A stretch of 62,367 bases of DNA, counting the filler, from Collodictyon triciliatum (Eukaryota): assembly GCA_043381765.1 (NCBI GenBank). It is 7 parts of 6 records of this genome, joined end to end, with 100 filler letters (N's around TTAATTAATTAA, not from the genome) between each part and the next. Parts side by side here need not be neighbours in the genome. Positions count along the whole stretch, not along the records: positions 58,332 to 62,367 come from JBHJMP010002832.1; 6 more parts are not named here. One strand, 5' to 3'. The translations under genes were made by a program, and so were the position numbers. Positions 60,272 to 62,367 of the stretch are shown in pieces (the stretch's first letter is position 1; each line of letters begins with the position of its first letter). The notes under the pieces were generated by a model. It worked only from the letters and a program-made list of their open reading frames with translations, was not told where the DNA came from and ran no database searches.

Positions 60272-60790
60272 CTCTCGATCATTCTATGATGATGGAGATG
60301 TTGGCTTTGTTTTGCTAGCCATCGTTTGCATGGACTTTATTTGGTGGCCGGTTGGCGGAGAAGTAATCAGTTATCAGGTATTGCATCTTGCACTTTGGCC
60401 TGTAGCCTGGGTCTTGTGCTTGCATGAGAGATACAAGGCGAGGTTGAATATCTTTCTCGCTTCTTTCCACATGTCTCTCCTCACAGGGTCTGAGTAATAA
60501 AGAACGTGCAGGTGGCGAAGAAAGCTGTCGAGGAAAGAGATTTGTATGATGTTATCCAGCCTGTTATCAGGAATGGGTGGCTGATTGTTGAATCTTGCTT
60601 TGCGTGGGTATATGCGCGCTATCCACATAGTCCATAGCAAATGGCCTCGCGCCACTGCCCAGAATGTTTTTGCCTCTGGATGCAGCTGTTGCAGAGGCCC
60701 AAATATCGCCTGGGTTGGGCCAACAGCCGAAGCCGTCTTGAATGTCAGCCGAATAGTATCCCTAAATGGTATTACTTGCCAAGCTCTTCA
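60270..60790 (-). mobile_element. 5'-truncated non-LTR retrotransposon fragment (L1/Tx1-like ORF2 C-terminus) ending at an (AAT)n tract
   Basis: Frame reads RAWQVI..QAIFG..FWAVARGHLLWTMWIAR..RFNN, the W..IFG..LWxxWxxR..F pattern that follows the zf-RVT finger in L1-clade ORF2. No ATG; GC-richer than flanks. Confidence 0.55.
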
Positions 60791-60904
60791 TCGGTTTTAT
60801 AACGAGAAAAATAATGTGCTTGTGTTTACAATACGATACTATAATCTGTGCTTGTGCCTGAAATATGAAGTCTATATTGCACAAATTCCCTTCAGAGGCA
60901 ACAA

Positions 60905-60985
60905 GACACTGTGGCCGAGTGGTTAAGGCGATAGACTTGAAATCTATTGGGATATCCCGCACAGGTTCGAACCCTGTCAGTGTCG
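60905..60985 (+). tRNA. trnS-UGA: tRNA-Ser (anticodon UGA)
   Basis: Acceptor GACACTG/CAGTGTC+G; A-box TGGCCGAGTGG; anticodon arm ATAGA-CTTGAAA-TCTAT; long variable arm GGGATATCCC; B-box GGTTCGAACCC; T5 terminator at 60995-60999. Confidence 0.97.
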
Positions 60986-61811
60986 TAGATTAACTTTTTC
61001 CACTGTGCGAATCAAATGATGCTACTTAAAACGGCGTTGCTGGCTGTTTATTGATTCCACATTTCAACCGCGCATCCTGAACGGGAAAAACGGTTGACTC
61101 TCACATCCAAACCCAGAAGTCTGTTGCGCGCTTCGTTGCCAACACAAAGTAACAGTCGCGTGGGAGCGGAGAAGCAAAGTTCGAACCTGCGGATGTTTAG
61201 CCTTGCGCTACTTCGCCCAACTCTTTTTTTTTTTGATTTTATATTTGATTCTTATTTTTCTTTTTGCCTCTTGGCTTGTAAAGCACTCCCAGTCATTAAA
61301 ACTAAGATATATTGATCAGTGAGAAAGTTGAATCGAGGTGAGTAATATTGCAAACTTGGGATTGTCGGTTGTTCGCAAACCTTCCTTGATTTGAATTATA
61401 CGCAAAAGCCGGCGACTGAACGGGCTAATCGACACGCTTAAAGTTTTCCAGCATGCGACGATTGATTCTTTGCTGCCTCTTAATTCTGCCCGTCCTTGCT
61501 CGTGTTGCTCATGGCAAGAGTTGCGCCTCGGCTCGCCAGCACGCTGCAGAGGAAAGGTATGCCAAAGCGGGCCTCCGTACCATGAATTGGCCCTGTGCAT
61601 GTCAAATGCGATCCGTGTAACAGATTTTCAGACCTAAAACTGCCTACTGGGTGCCCTTCTTTAACACCCTACAGTTCTGCCACTCTGTATATGACGTACT
61701 CTTCTTTCGTTTGCCTCTTTCTTATTTTATTTTATTTTTAAGTAGAGCTCCGACTTCGGGGTTTCCGCTGAGTCTTACAAAATTATTTTATACCCATGCA
61801 CCAGTATCGTG

Positions 61812-62240
61812 ATGGATGCATTCAATAGATTCTGCTCCTTGGATATAGAGGAAATCATGAAGCTATCACACGAAAATGCCTTGCGCCTACTGGCAGATTT
61901 GCACCGTCCTTGTAGTGAACCCGCAGAAAGAATGCACATGTCCTCTGATAGCGATCCTCGTACGGAATCGAAGCAGCCAAAATCTCTTAATTATTTACGC
62001 AGGGGAGATGGGGAACTTCAAGAACACAGTATAAAAGAGGTAGAAAATCATGAGAAGGTTAGGCACGATATTTCTGCGAGATCAAACCCAACGCCCGCAC
62101 CTTATTCTGCATTGATGGGAATTTATGCTGGAGCCGATGGGCCAAACTGGAAAAGGCGTGACAATTGGGGCAACTCATCAGTCTGCTACTGCGAATGGTA
62201 CGGTATCACTTGTGCCCCCTGCAACCCAGGATATTGCCAG
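61812..62240 (+). CDS. Exon ending in an LRR N-terminal cap motif; gene continues beyond window
   Basis: SALMGIYAGADGPNWKRRDNWGNSSVCYCEWYGITC fits the AL..LY...G..W....W.....C.W.G+.C LRR cap; donor CAG|GTTTAT at ~62240. Confidence 0.6.
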
Positions 62241-62320
62241 GTTTATATTTATACAAAATAATAATAAAAAAAGTCAGTTGACATTTCGCACATCTTTGAT
62301 AACTTGTATACATATAAAAC

Positions 62321-62351
<31 letters not shown>

Positions 62352-62367
62352 CGCCAATTTTTTAAAA

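Noticed and set aside
61179-61187. Second tRNA or SINE from the B-box-like GTTCGAACC
   Set aside because: No convincing A-box or cloverleaf around it.

Overview
This window is not one locus. It is seven unrelated contigs joined by artificial 100-nt spacers (N44-TTAATTAATTAA-N44) at 10135-10234, 20360-20459, 30586-30685, 39532-39631, 48012-48111 and 58232-58331. Six contigs are DNA of an intron-rich, microsatellite-rich protist (GT-AG introns; gene families suggest an amoebozoan-like organism, which is inference). They carry LRR genes and a pseudogene, a kinase-pseudocyclase-kinase gene, a LisH-DYRK kinase, a WD40/coiled-coil gene, WASH subunit FAM21, a 2508-aa intronless WD40/Cys-repeat multipass receptor, an ammonium transporter, a spliced LRR-Roc-COR-kinase-SAM (Roco) gene, a tail-anchored RING protein and tRNA-Ser(UGA). 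Contig 5 (39632-48011) is different: intronless, gene-dense and virus-like. It encodes a Polinton-like-virus (PLV)-type double-jelly-roll major capsid protein, a fibre-like protein, a ~1560-aa orphan and a small GxG-rich protein. It also has a shared pre-ATG motif and a Mimivirus/Sputnik-style 3' hairpin, suggesting a possibly giant-virus-dependent element. Two retroelement signals stand out: ultra-short TSD-flanked poly(A) inserts, and a 5'-truncated non-LTR fragment just upstream of the tRNA gene. All calls come from reading motifs by eye; no database search was run.
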